Virus record (IMG/VR): IMGVR_UViG_3300014836_000525
DNA length: 64,000 nt
Origin: an uncultured virus (IMG/VR IMGVR_UViG_3300014836_000525)
Taxonomy: Duplodnaviria > Heunggongvirae > Uroviricota > Caudoviricetes > Crassvirales
Reading direction: 5' to 3' (one strand)
Position 1 is the stretch's first letter, and the number at the start of each line of letters is the position of its first letter. Positions 34,959-45,776 of the stretch are shown in pieces. The translations under genes were made by a program, and so were the position numbers. Below the pieces are notes generated by a model. It did not search any database and was not told the DNA's origin. It saw nothing but the letters and a program-made list of their open reading frames with translations.

Positions 34959-37310
34959 TTACCTAAATTCATATAAACCAGATGCAGCTAATTCTTTAAA
35001 CTGTTGACTATCCATTCTACTAAATACTGGAGTTGTAGAAACTTTTGTTTGCACTTTACCATTAGCATCTGTATATATTGAATAGTATGTACCTGTAGCA
35101 TCAGATAATGCTACTAATGGATCTCCGTCTCCTTCTGAACGTACACTTATAGTTAAGTTTCCAGCTTTTTTACCATTTATAGTTTTACCTTCAAGTTCAA
35201 AACTTGTAATATCTCCGTTCTCTCTAGTATTATATTTATTAACTTTTTGAGCAAATCTCATACTAGGGCTTGACATATATCGTTTTAATTCTGGAGAAGA
35301 TACTTGCTCTCCAGGCAATAATACTGTTCTAACTACGTGGGTAGATGGATTTTCTAATTCTAACTCCCAAGCTCCCATTGTACCATAATCTGGTATAAAT
35401 TTATACCTAGCTGTCTTCATACCTTGCAAATTATCTTTAGTTAAGGTTTCTGTAGCATCACCTGTAACATCATATACAACAACATTCTCAGGAATAGACC
35501 ACCCAGTAAAATAGTCTTTAGCAGCTAAAGTAACAGCTTTAGATTCAGCAGTAGTTAAAGCAGGCAATGCTCCTGTAATTGCAACAGACGAAGTTTTCAT
35601 CTCTTTAAACTTAGAATTTACGTGACCAGCGTTTACTTCATTACTAAACTTTTCTGCAAGTTGTTGACCAGCAAATTTGTAATCAATAAATTCATTTACC
35701 ATACCTTTCCTTTGTACATTACTATCTTTGCCTAATCTATCGGAAATATCTACTCCTTGACCTAACTGCCTAGTTGCATTGTAATATGTTGAAAAGTGAT
35801 TAGCTAAAGCTTTATCTCCATACTTAGAATTAAATAAAGTTTCAAATTGTTTAAAGTTTTCAGACTGTGGATTAGCTAATATCTCTACTAACTTCTGCCC
35901 CATCTGTGCAGTAGTAATATTTGGATATAATTCTTTTACTACATTAACTACAGTTGGATCGTGTTTTTCAAGGTCTTTATATCCTATAGAAGAATTAATA
36001 GCTTTATCTATAAAGTGCTGTGCTAGTTGAGCATTTTCTTTTGCTAGTTGAGCCTGACGTTGGAACTCTTTTTTTGTTTCAGTGTCAATAGTTTTATCTT
36101 CTGCTTTCTTATACAATTCCATAGATATAGCATACTGTTGTTGTACATAAGTTTGTTTTTCAGCAACAGTTCCACCACCTAATGTAGCTTCAGCATATAC
36201 TTCTGATGCATGTTCTAAAGTAGGATTAGCATTTTTATAGTCTATCTCTGATTTATAGTTAGCTAACCAAACTTGATTTTCATCATAAATAGTACTTTGC
36301 TTAGTTTTCTGATAAGAAGCTGCATCGACTACAAAGTCCGTCATAGGCTTGTACATCTCATTAGCAATCTTATTCCTAACATAGTCATATGCAACTTTTT
36401 CATCACCAGAAGCTGCGGCTAATTTCTGTAACTCCTCATTTAAAGCAACAATATTATTTGCTACTTGTTTTTTCTCAGCAGTAGTTAATCTACCTTTATC
36501 GATAGCTTCTTGGTAAGCCGTAATAGCTTCTGTAATTTGAGTAGTTTGAGAGTTAATAACTTCAGTTAGTGCTCCAGATTTTTGATAAGAATAAGCTTTC
36601 ATATCAGCTACTTGAGTTGTATAAGCTCTAACATCTGGATCATTCATAACCATACTAATAGCTTGCTCTACAACTTCTGGACTAATATATTCAGTACCAG
36701 ATTCAGTAGTAACATTATATCTACCATCTTCTCCAACACCAATTTGATTACTTTTAATTTCCCTTCCTTCAGGTTTAATAATAGTAATAGCATCTTTAAT
36801 CTTATCAAAAACTTTAGGGTCTTTGATTATACTTGGAGCTGAGAACATCGTACCTTCTTTAACTCGGCCAGTCTCAGGATCTATCTCAAAACCTTTGTAG
36901 TTTCTAGACATGTATGCAGGAAACATCTGTGCATACTCTGCATTAATTTCTTTAGCATCTACACCTTTCTGTAACTCCTGTAATGCAGTTTGATATCTAG
37001 CATAGTTTTCTTTTATTGGAGAGTATTCTTTAGTAAAATCTTTTGCTGCTTTATGTACTTGAAATCCTAAGTTTTCATAGTCACCCCTTTCCGATAATAC
37101 AGTAAGCTTATTCTCCATCTCTCTCTGCAGTTGCCTCTTTCTCTGCATATCATTTTCAAATGGTAATGCAGCTTGCATCTGATCGATAGCTGTAGCTAAC
37201 TGATCATTTGCAGCAAACGTACTAAGAAACCTTTCTTGTAAAGCTTCAGAAATTTTTACCGAGTTAGGATCTACATATGTAGATACATATTCACCAAATT
37301 TATAAGGCAT
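34959..37310 (-). CDS. virion cargo/ejection protein
   Basis: 783 aa, helical and cysteine-free; lies between the muzzle and RNAP cluster. Confidence 0.6.
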   Translation of the reverse strand: MPYKFGEYVSTYVDPNSVKISEALQERFLSTFAANDQLATAIDQMQAALPFENDMQRKRQLQREMENKLTVLSERGDYENLGFQVHKAAKDFTKEYSPIKENYARYQTALQELQKGVDAKEINAEYAQMFPAYMSRNYKGFEIDPETGRVKEGTMFSAPSIIKDPKVFDKIKDAITIIKPEGREIKSNQIGVGEDGRYNVTTESGTEYISPEVVEQAISMVMNDPDVRAYTTQVADMKAYSYQKSGALTEVINSQTTQITEAITAYQEAIDKGRLTTAEKKQVANNIVALNEELQKLAAASGDEKVAYDYVRNKIANEMYKPMTDFVVDAASYQKTKQSTIYDENQVWLANYKSEIDYKNANPTLEHASEVYAEATLGGGTVAEKQTYVQQQYAISMELYKKAEDKTIDTETKKEFQRQAQLAKENAQLAQHFIDKAINSSIGYKDLEKHDPTVVNVVKELYPNITTAQMGQKLVEILANPQSENFKQFETLFNSKYGDKALANHFSTYYNATRQLGQGVDISDRLGKDSNVQRKGMVNEFIDYKFAGQQLAEKFSNEVNAGHVNSKFKEMKTSSVAITGALPALTTAESKAVTLAAKDYFTGWSIPENVVVYDVTGDATETLTKDNLQGMKTARYKFIPDYGTMGAWELELENPSTHVVRTVLLPGEQVSSPELKRYMSSPSMRFAQKVNKYNTRENGDITSFELEGKTINGKKAGNLTISVRSEGDGDPLVALSDATGTYYSIYTDANGKVQTKVSTTPVFSRMDSQQFKELAASGLYEFR

Positions 37311-37313
37311 ATC

Positions 37314-40300
37314 TTAAACTTTTACTTTATTGTACTTTAAATCTCCAAGTCTTGAAACGTATTTTTTAATACCTCCAAGTTTCTTCTTATCTCCACCTTC
37401 CTCTCCCTCTTTCCCTGATGGTGGTACTACAGTAGTTTCTCCTACAATAGCTGCAGCCATCAATCGAATTTCATAGTCAGACATATTAGCAAGTGGGGAA
37501 CCTTTTCTCTTTTTCTCTTTTACAAACTTCTCGTAAACTTCGTATCTATCATAAGACTTAGTTTGGTCCAAAGCTTTAGCTAATCTCTCAGTTGCTTTGT
37601 ACATTCTTTCATCTTTAACTACCCCAGCTACTCGGGATACTGCAGTATCTATTGCTCCCATTATTTCTTCTCTACGATACTGCTTTTCTCCTACTTCTAA
37701 CTTCTTGTTAAATTGATTGATATCAGCATTTATACCTTGTCTCTTAAGGTCTTGTTCAGCATTGAACATAGATGCTTGCATGCCAAGTTTTGCTTCTTCT
37801 CCAGCTAACTCTTTATTAGCTGCTGATTCTTTTGAAGCAATGCTTAACATCTGCTCATTCATATCTTTATTAGCAGTCATAGCAGCAATGATTCCACCAG
37901 GACCAGTATTGTTTGAAGATATAAAGTTTCTAACAGCTGTATTACTCTTAGCTGATTGATCTCTTTCTCTATTCAAATTAACTCGAGGCATAAGAGGTCC
38001 ACGAATACCGGCAGCTCCAGCAACACCTGGGATACCTTTAGCAGTTTGGTATCTATTAACCATGCCATAAATAGGAGGAATAAGTTGAGATACTCCTGCT
38101 ATTAAAGTAGGATTTATTCCATCTGCTGGTGGTTCCATAGGTTGCTTACAATTACCAGCAGCATCTCTATATTGTCCAGTTGGACAAGGTTGTAATTTTG
38201 GAGGTAGTGGAGGTTGTGGAGGAGTTTCATCTTTAACATCCTCTACTTTAACATCCTCTTTCTTAGGTTCTTCCTTAGGTTTAGTATTTTCTAAAGCTAG
38301 TCTTACTGCTTCGTGGAAAATACCGGGTTGGTTATCAGTAGCTTCATCTCTAATTATTTTTATAAGTTCGGCTCCAGTTTTACCTGCAGCTCGTTTTTTA
38401 ACTTGTTCTGCATATGGGCCAGAGTATGTTGAGATATAATTAGCAACTTCAGTAGCAGTAGCCTCATTATCTAAAGCTGTATTAACTCTAGTTTTCCAAG
38501 CCCCATAATTTTCTTTACTCCAAATAGGATTAGTTTTAGCATTTTCAAACTGTGGAAGAAGGTTTGGATCTTTAGCTCCAATTAACTTATCTTTAGTTTC
38601 AGTAGCTCCTTCTTTAGTTATAGTAGTAGTAGCTGCTGCTTCTTCTGTTGCTTCTCTTCTCTTGGATCCTTCCGTAGTTTCATACCCAATTGTATTATAA
38701 TCTTTGTCATCTACAGCGTATAAATACTTTTCACTTAGGGCATTACTAATATTACTATCGTCGCCATATATATTACCCATATTATCGTCTTGATTTTGCA
38801 GGGTTACAGTATTCATATTAGACTTTATATACTTGTCATTAGCCTCATCAGTAGCTCTCCACGGATCTACAATTCCAAGTCCATACTTAGCAACAGCTGC
38901 ATCATACTCTGTCTTTGTCATAGACTCTTTACCTAACATAGGCTTGTTTACATCGTAAGCCATTTGAGGAGTATCAACTTTACCATCCCAAGCAGTAGGA
39001 GCTACAGTAGTTTTAGGAGCTCCGTAAGTAGCAACACTAGCAGCTTGATTAGCAGCTTCTTCTACTTTTTTATCTCTCTCAGCTTGAATTTCAGCTTGTA
39101 ATTCCTCTTGAGTTCTTGGTGTAGCTGAATTATTAACAGGAGCAGGAGGTCCAGCACTAGCTTTCTTTTGAGCTGTAACTCTATCTTTACTACGACTTAA
39201 TTCATTACCATTAGCATCTCTAACTATGTACTCCCCAGTAGCATTATCTTGAGATAAAGTATTACCAGCTTCTTGTGCAACTTCTTCTGCTCCAGACCCT
39301 GTAACATAGTTATACCCAAGGCCATATTGAACTTTTATAGGTCCTTCTGCACCTATCTCTGGTGCCAGTTCTTCTTCTTTAGGCCCAGCAATTTGATACT
39401 TTCTAGGACCTCCATACATAGCTACTTGCTTAGGATTACGTCCAGCAACTTCTTCTTGCTTCTTAGCTAAAGCTTGAATTTGCTCTTGGCTAGCCCTAGC
39501 TTTAACCATATCTTCATGAATCTTAGAGAATGATACACCTCCAAGTTTTAAATATTCTGAAAAGAAATATTCTTTAGGTTTAGCACCTCCTTGCTTTTTC
39601 ATATAAACCATACCTTTAGTTTCATTGTGTTCTACCTCAGCTTCAGGTGATTCCATAATACCACCCTCTTCGTGTGTATTACCTACATATTTAACTTCCC
39701 CGTTAGGTCCAATTGGAACTTCATAACCTCCTGGAAGTTTTTTAGCTCCTCCTAACTTAGCTTGAAAGTAACTAGATGTAAAGTTATTATTCATGTTAGT
39801 ACTAGAGTTATATCCAAATCCTTTATCATCACCAGTATATCTAGGATTTAAATAGGAAGATTGGTAAGCACTAGCTAGTTTACTTTGCTCAGCTTGAAGT
39901 TCATCGGCACGTTTCTTATTACCTTTATTTTCTTTTATCCCTTTAGCTACTCCTACTCCAGCTCCAATTAATCCTCCTACTACACCACCAACTACATTAC
40001 CAACTCCTGGAACTACACTTCCGAGAGTAGCACCTATTCCAAATCCTGTTCCTGCACTCTTTAATCCACTACCTACTACATTTCCAGTACGTTCTTTTTT
40101 AGTATTTGTAAACTCAGATTTGTCATCTGTTAGTTTTTCAGTTGCAACTCCTGCTACATTTAAACCTACACCAATACCTGCAGATGCTAAATTAGTCATC
40201 TGAGGAACAGTAGAAGCAGCTGTTTGAGAGGCAGTGGCAGCCGTGTTTGCAGCTGCAGTATCAAAAGCAACAGCTCCTGCTGATGGGGCAACTGCTGAAG

Positions 40301-40790
40301 AAGTTAATACTGAAGGAGCAGTGCTTTGAATACCTGTTGTAATTGGGGCTGCATATCCTGCGGAAGCGGCAGTATTAGCTGTTGATAAACCTAATGTACT
40401 AGCAGTAGCAGCATCTGCACTAGCCACTCCAGCATCAAAAGCTTTAGGTACAAAAAACTTACCAAATGTGCCAGCTTTTATATCTTTACCGGCAGCTTTA
40501 GCTAGGGTATTAGCACTAGAATTAAGTGTACTATTAATCTCTTCTTTATCAGCAGCTTCGATTTCTTGCTGCATTCTAAGAGCATCCGTTTTAGCTTTAT
40601 TGGCTTTAGTACCATAATAGTCAAACATCTTATCTTCGTAAGCAGCTTGCTCCTCAGTCATATAAGGATTCTTCTGGGTAGTATTAGCAGAGTTTTGCAA
40701 AGCCTGGCTTGTACCAGACATGTTATATCCTGCTAGTGCATACTTTTTAACACCAGATTTAGTTTTCTTAGAAAGTAATCGTTTAGCCAT
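37314..40790 (-). CDS. virion cargo/ejection protein with glycine-zipper membrane helices
   Basis: GFGIGATLGSVVPGVGNVVGGVVGGLIGAGVG glycine zipper; GNTHEEGG…EAEVE segment; several KxxGG motifs. Confidence 0.65.
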   Translation of the reverse strand: MAKRLLSKKTKSGVKKYALAGYNMSGTSQALQNSANTTQKNPYMTEEQAAYEDKMFDYYGTKANKAKTDALRMQQEIEAADKEEINSTLNSSANTLAKAAGKDIKAGTFGKFFVPKAFDAGVASADAATASTLGLSTANTAASAGYAAPITTGIQSTAPSVLTSSAVAPSAGAVAFDTAAANTAATASQTAASTVPQMTNLASAGIGVGLNVAGVATEKLTDDKSEFTNTKKERTGNVVGSGLKSAGTGFGIGATLGSVVPGVGNVVGGVVGGLIGAGVGVAKGIKENKGNKKRADELQAEQSKLASAYQSSYLNPRYTGDDKGFGYNSSTNMNNNFTSSYFQAKLGGAKKLPGGYEVPIGPNGEVKYVGNTHEEGGIMESPEAEVEHNETKGMVYMKKQGGAKPKEYFFSEYLKLGGVSFSKIHEDMVKARASQEQIQALAKKQEEVAGRNPKQVAMYGGPRKYQIAGPKEEELAPEIGAEGPIKVQYGLGYNYVTGSGAEEVAQEAGNTLSQDNATGEYIVRDANGNELSRSKDRVTAQKKASAGPPAPVNNSATPRTQEELQAEIQAERDKKVEEAANQAASVATYGAPKTTVAPTAWDGKVDTPQMAYDVNKPMLGKESMTKTEYDAAVAKYGLGIVDPWRATDEANDKYIKSNMNTVTLQNQDDNMGNIYGDDSNISNALSEKYLYAVDDKDYNTIGYETTEGSKRREATEEAAATTTITKEGATETKDKLIGAKDPNLLPQFENAKTNPIWSKENYGAWKTRVNTALDNEATATEVANYISTYSGPYAEQVKKRAAGKTGAELIKIIRDEATDNQPGIFHEAVRLALENTKPKEEPKKEDVKVEDVKDETPPQPPLPPKLQPCPTGQYRDAAGNCKQPMEPPADGINPTLIAGVSQLIPPIYGMVNRYQTAKGIPGVAGAAGIRGPLMPRVNLNRERDQSAKSNTAVRNFISSNNTGPGGIIAAMTANKDMNEQMLSIASKESAANKELAGEEAKLGMQASMFNAEQDLKRQGINADINQFNKKLEVGEKQYRREEIMGAIDTAVSRVAGVVKDERMYKATERLAKALDQTKSYDRYEVYEKFVKEKKRKGSPLANMSDYEIRLMAAAIVGETTVVPPSGKEGEEGGDKKKLGGIKKYVSRLGDLKYNKVKV

Positions 40791-43700
40791 TATCTATTAG
40801 ATATTCTGTATGCTGATTCAGCAGTATACAAATTTATTAAAGTTTTTGATTCGTTGGTAGCATATAATCTAACTGCCAAGAATTTATCTACAAATTTCTT
40901 TTGCTCACTCCAAGGTTTATCCAAATTTAAGTATCCAGAATTGTAGTTACCTTCAGATAAAAACATTGGAGAACCTCCACTAGGGATAGTACTTGATGAG
41001 TATCCTGAGGTGCTACCTACTGGTACCTGACCAACTGCAAGGTGAGTATCTACTCCATTAGAAGCCATATCTCTAAAGTCATTAAATATCCAATTATTAT
41101 CACTTTTTCTAATATTCTCGAGGTACTTAAATGACTTCTTACCAGATAGTTGGAAAGTATTGTATACTGTGTAATGGGTAAATCCAGGATCAAATTGCTG
41201 TCTAACTCTGTACAATTCTGTAGGAGATTTAGCTAGTACATCAGCAGTATAAGATACTGAATAAAATACTTTGTTTTTATCTTTCATAGATAGAGTTCCC
41301 TGTGTAGTAGTAGTAACCTTTCCTGTAGAAATAAACTCAAACTCAAAGTTATAAGTAGAATCATAAAACTCACAAGGCTCATCTATGTTATTATGTACAT
41401 AGAATCTTCCACTTGCAAATGGGTCCATACTATACAAGAACTTAGAATTGTAAGCATATAGTGGTGGGACATACGAGTGTCTACTAGCCCATACTCCAAA
41501 ATCTAAAGAGAAAGAGATTGTCCATCCAGACCGTTCAAAGAAAATTCCTTCTCGTATCTTAACAGCTACTCCATTCTTTTTAATATAAAAAGTATTCTTT
41601 CCAGGAGAGAAGTAGATATCTCCTTTATTAAAGTCACTGATAAATCTACTAGTAGGTACTAACTCTCTCTTAGTAATAATGATACGTTTAAAGAGTGGAT
41701 CATAAGTAGTATGAAATCCAAAGTAACTAGTTGGAGCATCTATGTTGAACTCTCCGATATTAAAGTCATATCCAAATGCCTCTAAAGCAAATGGGATATT
41801 CTCTCTAGCCCAGACATCCATTCCCAGATCTGTTAAATCTGTTACTTTATCTCCGATTAAGAAAATCTTTCTAGACTTGTACCCAAGGAAGACATATCCA
41901 TCTTTAGTAATTAAAGATGAAAGCTTGTTATAGTTACCAAGGTATCCTTCTTGACTTTGTACAAACTCGTCAGGCTCTTGAGCAAATAAGTCTCCACTAC
42001 CAATATAAGCTTGGTTAGCATCTGATAAAGCTACTGTTTGTTTACCTTTAGTTCTAAATAAACTGTTTTCTGTATGTATAAATAGCAGAGCATTTAAATT
42101 AAAGATGTTGGTAATTGGACCTTTATTTTGTCCAAAGTCTTTATAGTCTAAAGCTAGGAAGTACTTGTAAGAATCGTTGAAATTACCATCTTGAACACTA
42201 GATCTAATAACTCTATTAGGATATAGGTTAGTAGATTTATCTCGTTTTGGGAATGGTATTGTAACTCTCAAATCTTGAACTGCAGAGTAGTGGTCTTCAT
42301 AAAGAAGATTATCCATCTTAGTTAAGTCATTAAGAGGTGTCTTATACATTACATCAGATGCCGTGTACTTATCAAAGTATACACTCATAGCTGGTGATAC
42401 TCCTTTCTCTACATCTCCACAGTGTCTAAAGTTGATGTTATCATCAGACTCTACTATGAATTGATAAAGAGTTGTAACAACTGTAGTATCACCTTTAGTC
42501 CAGTTAATCTCGTTATTAATGGCAGCTAATCGTTGAGCTGCATTTCCTTGGTTTAATACTTTGTAGTTAGCAGTATATCCAGTATTTAAATCAAATGGTA
42601 TATCTCCTGATATATAATCAATTGGACTTACATCTTCATTATCTGCTCTTCTAAATCTAATTATACTATGGCTTTGAGAAGTAGATCTATATCCGTATCT
42701 AGTTATATAAGTATCTCCACCATAAATTGCTGGAGTACTAGCACCGGCATAGTAGTCTCTTCTAAATTTCTTCTCATCATCATCATAAGCTACACCTGTA
42801 GCAGTATCTTTAAATAAAAATGGTTGATAGAATCCAGTCCATACTAACTGCTGTTGATCAAATGGTTCAAATACGTCAGTTTTAGCTGAACATAAATTTG
42901 CTAAGTAAACATTAGGTCTTCCAATATCTTGCTTAACTGATACTGCTGGAGGAGGTAGTGTTACTGTAACACTTAGAGGTGATTTAGCAATATGGCTGTT
43001 TTCTAATGCTCCCCAATTTGATGAAAAATATCCTCGGAGTACTGGAACACCTGATACCATAGATAAAGCAATGGCACTTTCTCCACTGTTATTAACTAGG
43101 TAAGTTGCCCCTTTAAATGATGTTGCATTAGTGTTCTTAAAGAAAGATAGTCCAGATAAATAGGTAGCTCCTTCCGGATCTAACATAAAGATAGTCTGCA
43201 GATTACTTAGCATCTGAGACTGATTGATAAATCCTGCAGCTCCACCACTAACTCCGACATCAACATTTGCTAAACCTGGAGCATTGTATTTAGCCCCAAT
43301 TAATACTTTACCATATAAATAAGGGGGTCCCCAAATATCATAATTAGCTTCATCTGGGTTGTAATTAAAGTTAATAGTATTACCTAAATCTGGATGTACC
43401 CATGCATGCTCGTCATCACCGTGCCCAGCTCTAAAACTTACATAAACATTATTTGTAGCATCTCTTTTAGCTCCTTTATATCCACCATGCCAGTTTTGCA
43501 TAGTTACTACATACTGCACATCTATGTGAGTAGCAGTTGCCAACGTATGCTTTTTTCTAAGTAGGTTAAAGTCGTGGAATTTAACTACTGGTTGAGATAA
43601 GTAAGAGTTAGTAGTCCATGCACCATCTCCTACACTTACAGATGCAGTGTTAGGAGTAGCATAAAAATACCACATGTTATGGTATGGACCCTCTTTAGCA

Positions 43701-45745
43701 TCTGATGTTTCAGGAGATAAGTTAGCTGCTAAGTATGGAATAGCTCCTTGCAAACCACTCTGACCAATGATAGTTTTATTAGCTTGAGTTCTTTTTGCAT
43801 AGTAAACTTTATATCCTTGAACTTGCTCTAAGATAAACTTAGGTATTCTAAGATTATTAAGTGTTATATAAAGTAGTCTAACTTGCTCATTAAATGTAAC
43901 ATTACCTTCAGCACTAGCTTCAGCTGCTATTCCAGGACTAGAGAAATCCGTGCTTTGTTTTACATACGAATAAGTAGGATTATGATTAGAAGGCATTTTA
44001 TGGTGCCTAATCTTTTTTCCTACTAGTGTATCTACATATGCAGGATTCCCGTTCATATCAACAGAGAATACTTCAAAGTTAGGATCGTTAGGATAATACT
44101 CGTTACTGTTTTCCCAATACCCTGTTGAAGATACGAAACCTAATGAACTTAAAGCTACAGTAGAATCTAGGTATTGGAATACCTTACCATCAGGATTAGA
44201 GTTATAGATTTCGGTACCTTTAAAGTTAATTAAAGTACCTGCTTCATTGATATTCTTAGTCTCGATTGGATGAATACTTTTTCTACCTGGAATGTGGTAA
44301 GCATAAGATTCTGATCCATCTACTAATATAAAAGAAATGTAGAAAGCATAAACTTCTCCTCTACGGTATGTCTTTTGTTTAAATAACATAGACTCTACAT
44401 CTCTATATCCTTTAGAGTTATTTCTTTGAACAGCTGCTATGTTAGTAAACATGTAAGATACTAGCTCAGCTTCTCTTTGGTAAAAGGTAGTAGCATCCTC
44501 AATATAACTAGGCATCTGATTTCTATTCTGCCCAATTAGTTTTGCATATCCTTCATTTAGATTGAAGATATCGTACCGTCTAGGATCAAACTTAGATATA
44601 GCAGTAGCTCCTACAGTAAGTTGGATGTTATTAGCAAATCTTTGAAATCCAAGATCTTTTCTTCCAGTTAAGTTAGCTGCATAAAGTCTGTTATCCAGTT
44701 GACAAAGAGCTTTGGCTGTAGCATACTTAACTTTATCGATAATCACTTCTTCAATTGCAGACTGAGCTGCATTCTCTAGTCCACTGTACATTACCTCAGT
44801 AAGACTTCCAACTTTAATTTCTATGGGTTCTAGTTTATAAGCAAACCTAGCATTTCCCATAAACTGAATTACAAATGGAATTACATATTTGTAATCACTA
44901 TTCTGAGCATTGATTTTCCATAAGATAGACTTATTAGTCTGAAATTCTCCTGGAGAACCACTGATCATTTCTCGAGGAATAGTATCCTCGTCCGTAGGGA
45001 CAATGTAAACTGGGTTAGAAAGAGTCAATACATTGGTCTCAGTAAAGTCTGTATCAGCATAAGCCAATCCTAAATAGTATGTACCACTTACAACTCCACC
45101 ACCTCTGATTATTTTGATTGAATCAAACTCTGGTATTCTAGATGCATGCTGAAACAAGTTCATTGAATCAATAGATGTATCACCGTTAGTGTACAACTGA
45201 TTGAATGATACTCCTTGACTTTCAACTGCACGTTTTTGTCTACTTACATTTAAAACTCGTGGAGGATTAAATTGAGATAGGTACTCTATACCAGTATTAG
45301 GTTCAACACTTTGAGTGTACTTATTATCAGTAAAATACACAATAATATCACCAGTTGGAGATAGTCTATACTCTCCAGTTATTGGGTGCTCTACATCAAA
45401 CTTTAAATCTCCAATTGAAGTAAATGATAGTCCTGAAGCAGGAGTTTTAAGAAGGATTAGAGGTGTACCTGGTTTCCCCTCTACATAGATAATGTAGGAG
45501 TAAATACCATCTTGACTAACAGCAAAAATTAAAAAGTTATCGTCTGGAAGAGGAATCTGTCCAACTGGAAGTAGTCCTAATCCACCATCACCTAGGAGTG
45601 TGCCTATCCACTTATTTCCATACTCATTACTAACTGAACCTTTAAGTCCTTCTAGTACTGCATTTAAAGCATCTCTATAAGTGCCATCGATCTGGTCCAT
45701 TCGACCAGTATCTTTAGACATTCCTTTTATGAATTTTGCTGCCAT
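40790..45745 (-). CDS. tail muzzle / stabilisation protein
   Basis: 1651 aa, beta-rich; VYFTDN…NPPRVLN, GGDTYI and WTISFS…WASRHSYVP segments; position matches crAss-like tail genes. Confidence 0.7.
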   Translation of the reverse strand: MAAKFIKGMSKDTGRMDQIDGTYRDALNAVLEGLKGSVSNEYGNKWIGTLLGDGGLGLLPVGQIPLPDDNFLIFAVSQDGIYSYIIYVEGKPGTPLILLKTPASGLSFTSIGDLKFDVEHPITGEYRLSPTGDIIVYFTDNKYTQSVEPNTGIEYLSQFNPPRVLNVSRQKRAVESQGVSFNQLYTNGDTSIDSMNLFQHASRIPEFDSIKIIRGGGVVSGTYYLGLAYADTDFTETNVLTLSNPVYIVPTDEDTIPREMISGSPGEFQTNKSILWKINAQNSDYKYVIPFVIQFMGNARFAYKLEPIEIKVGSLTEVMYSGLENAAQSAIEEVIIDKVKYATAKALCQLDNRLYAANLTGRKDLGFQRFANNIQLTVGATAISKFDPRRYDIFNLNEGYAKLIGQNRNQMPSYIEDATTFYQREAELVSYMFTNIAAVQRNNSKGYRDVESMLFKQKTYRRGEVYAFYISFILVDGSESYAYHIPGRKSIHPIETKNINEAGTLINFKGTEIYNSNPDGKVFQYLDSTVALSSLGFVSSTGYWENSNEYYPNDPNFEVFSVDMNGNPAYVDTLVGKKIRHHKMPSNHNPTYSYVKQSTDFSSPGIAAEASAEGNVTFNEQVRLLYITLNNLRIPKFILEQVQGYKVYYAKRTQANKTIIGQSGLQGAIPYLAANLSPETSDAKEGPYHNMWYFYATPNTASVSVGDGAWTTNSYLSQPVVKFHDFNLLRKKHTLATATHIDVQYVVTMQNWHGGYKGAKRDATNNVYVSFRAGHGDDEHAWVHPDLGNTINFNYNPDEANYDIWGPPYLYGKVLIGAKYNAPGLANVDVGVSGGAAGFINQSQMLSNLQTIFMLDPEGATYLSGLSFFKNTNATSFKGATYLVNNSGESAIALSMVSGVPVLRGYFSSNWGALENSHIAKSPLSVTVTLPPPAVSVKQDIGRPNVYLANLCSAKTDVFEPFDQQQLVWTGFYQPFLFKDTATGVAYDDDEKKFRRDYYAGASTPAIYGGDTYITRYGYRSTSQSHSIIRFRRADNEDVSPIDYISGDIPFDLNTGYTANYKVLNQGNAAQRLAAINNEINWTKGDTTVVTTLYQFIVESDDNINFRHCGDVEKGVSPAMSVYFDKYTASDVMYKTPLNDLTKMDNLLYEDHYSAVQDLRVTIPFPKRDKSTNLYPNRVIRSSVQDGNFNDSYKYFLALDYKDFGQNKGPITNIFNLNALLFIHTENSLFRTKGKQTVALSDANQAYIGSGDLFAQEPDEFVQSQEGYLGNYNKLSSLITKDGYVFLGYKSRKIFLIGDKVTDLTDLGMDVWARENIPFALEAFGYDFNIGEFNIDAPTSYFGFHTTYDPLFKRIIITKRELVPTSRFISDFNKGDIYFSPGKNTFYIKKNGVAVKIREGIFFERSGWTISFSLDFGVWASRHSYVPPLYAYNSKFLYSMDPFASGRFYVHNNIDEPCEFYDSTYNFEFEFISTGKVTTTTQGTLSMKDKNKVFYSVSYTADVLAKSPTELYRVRQQFDPGFTHYTVYNTFQLSGKKSFKYLENIRKSDNNWIFNDFRDMASNGVDTHLAVGQVPVGSTSGYSSSTIPSGGSPMFLSEGNYNSGYLNLDKPWSEQKKFVDKFLAVRLYATNESKTLINLYTAESAYRISNR

Positions 45746-45776
45746 AGTTTAATCTCTTTATCCTTATCCTTTACTT

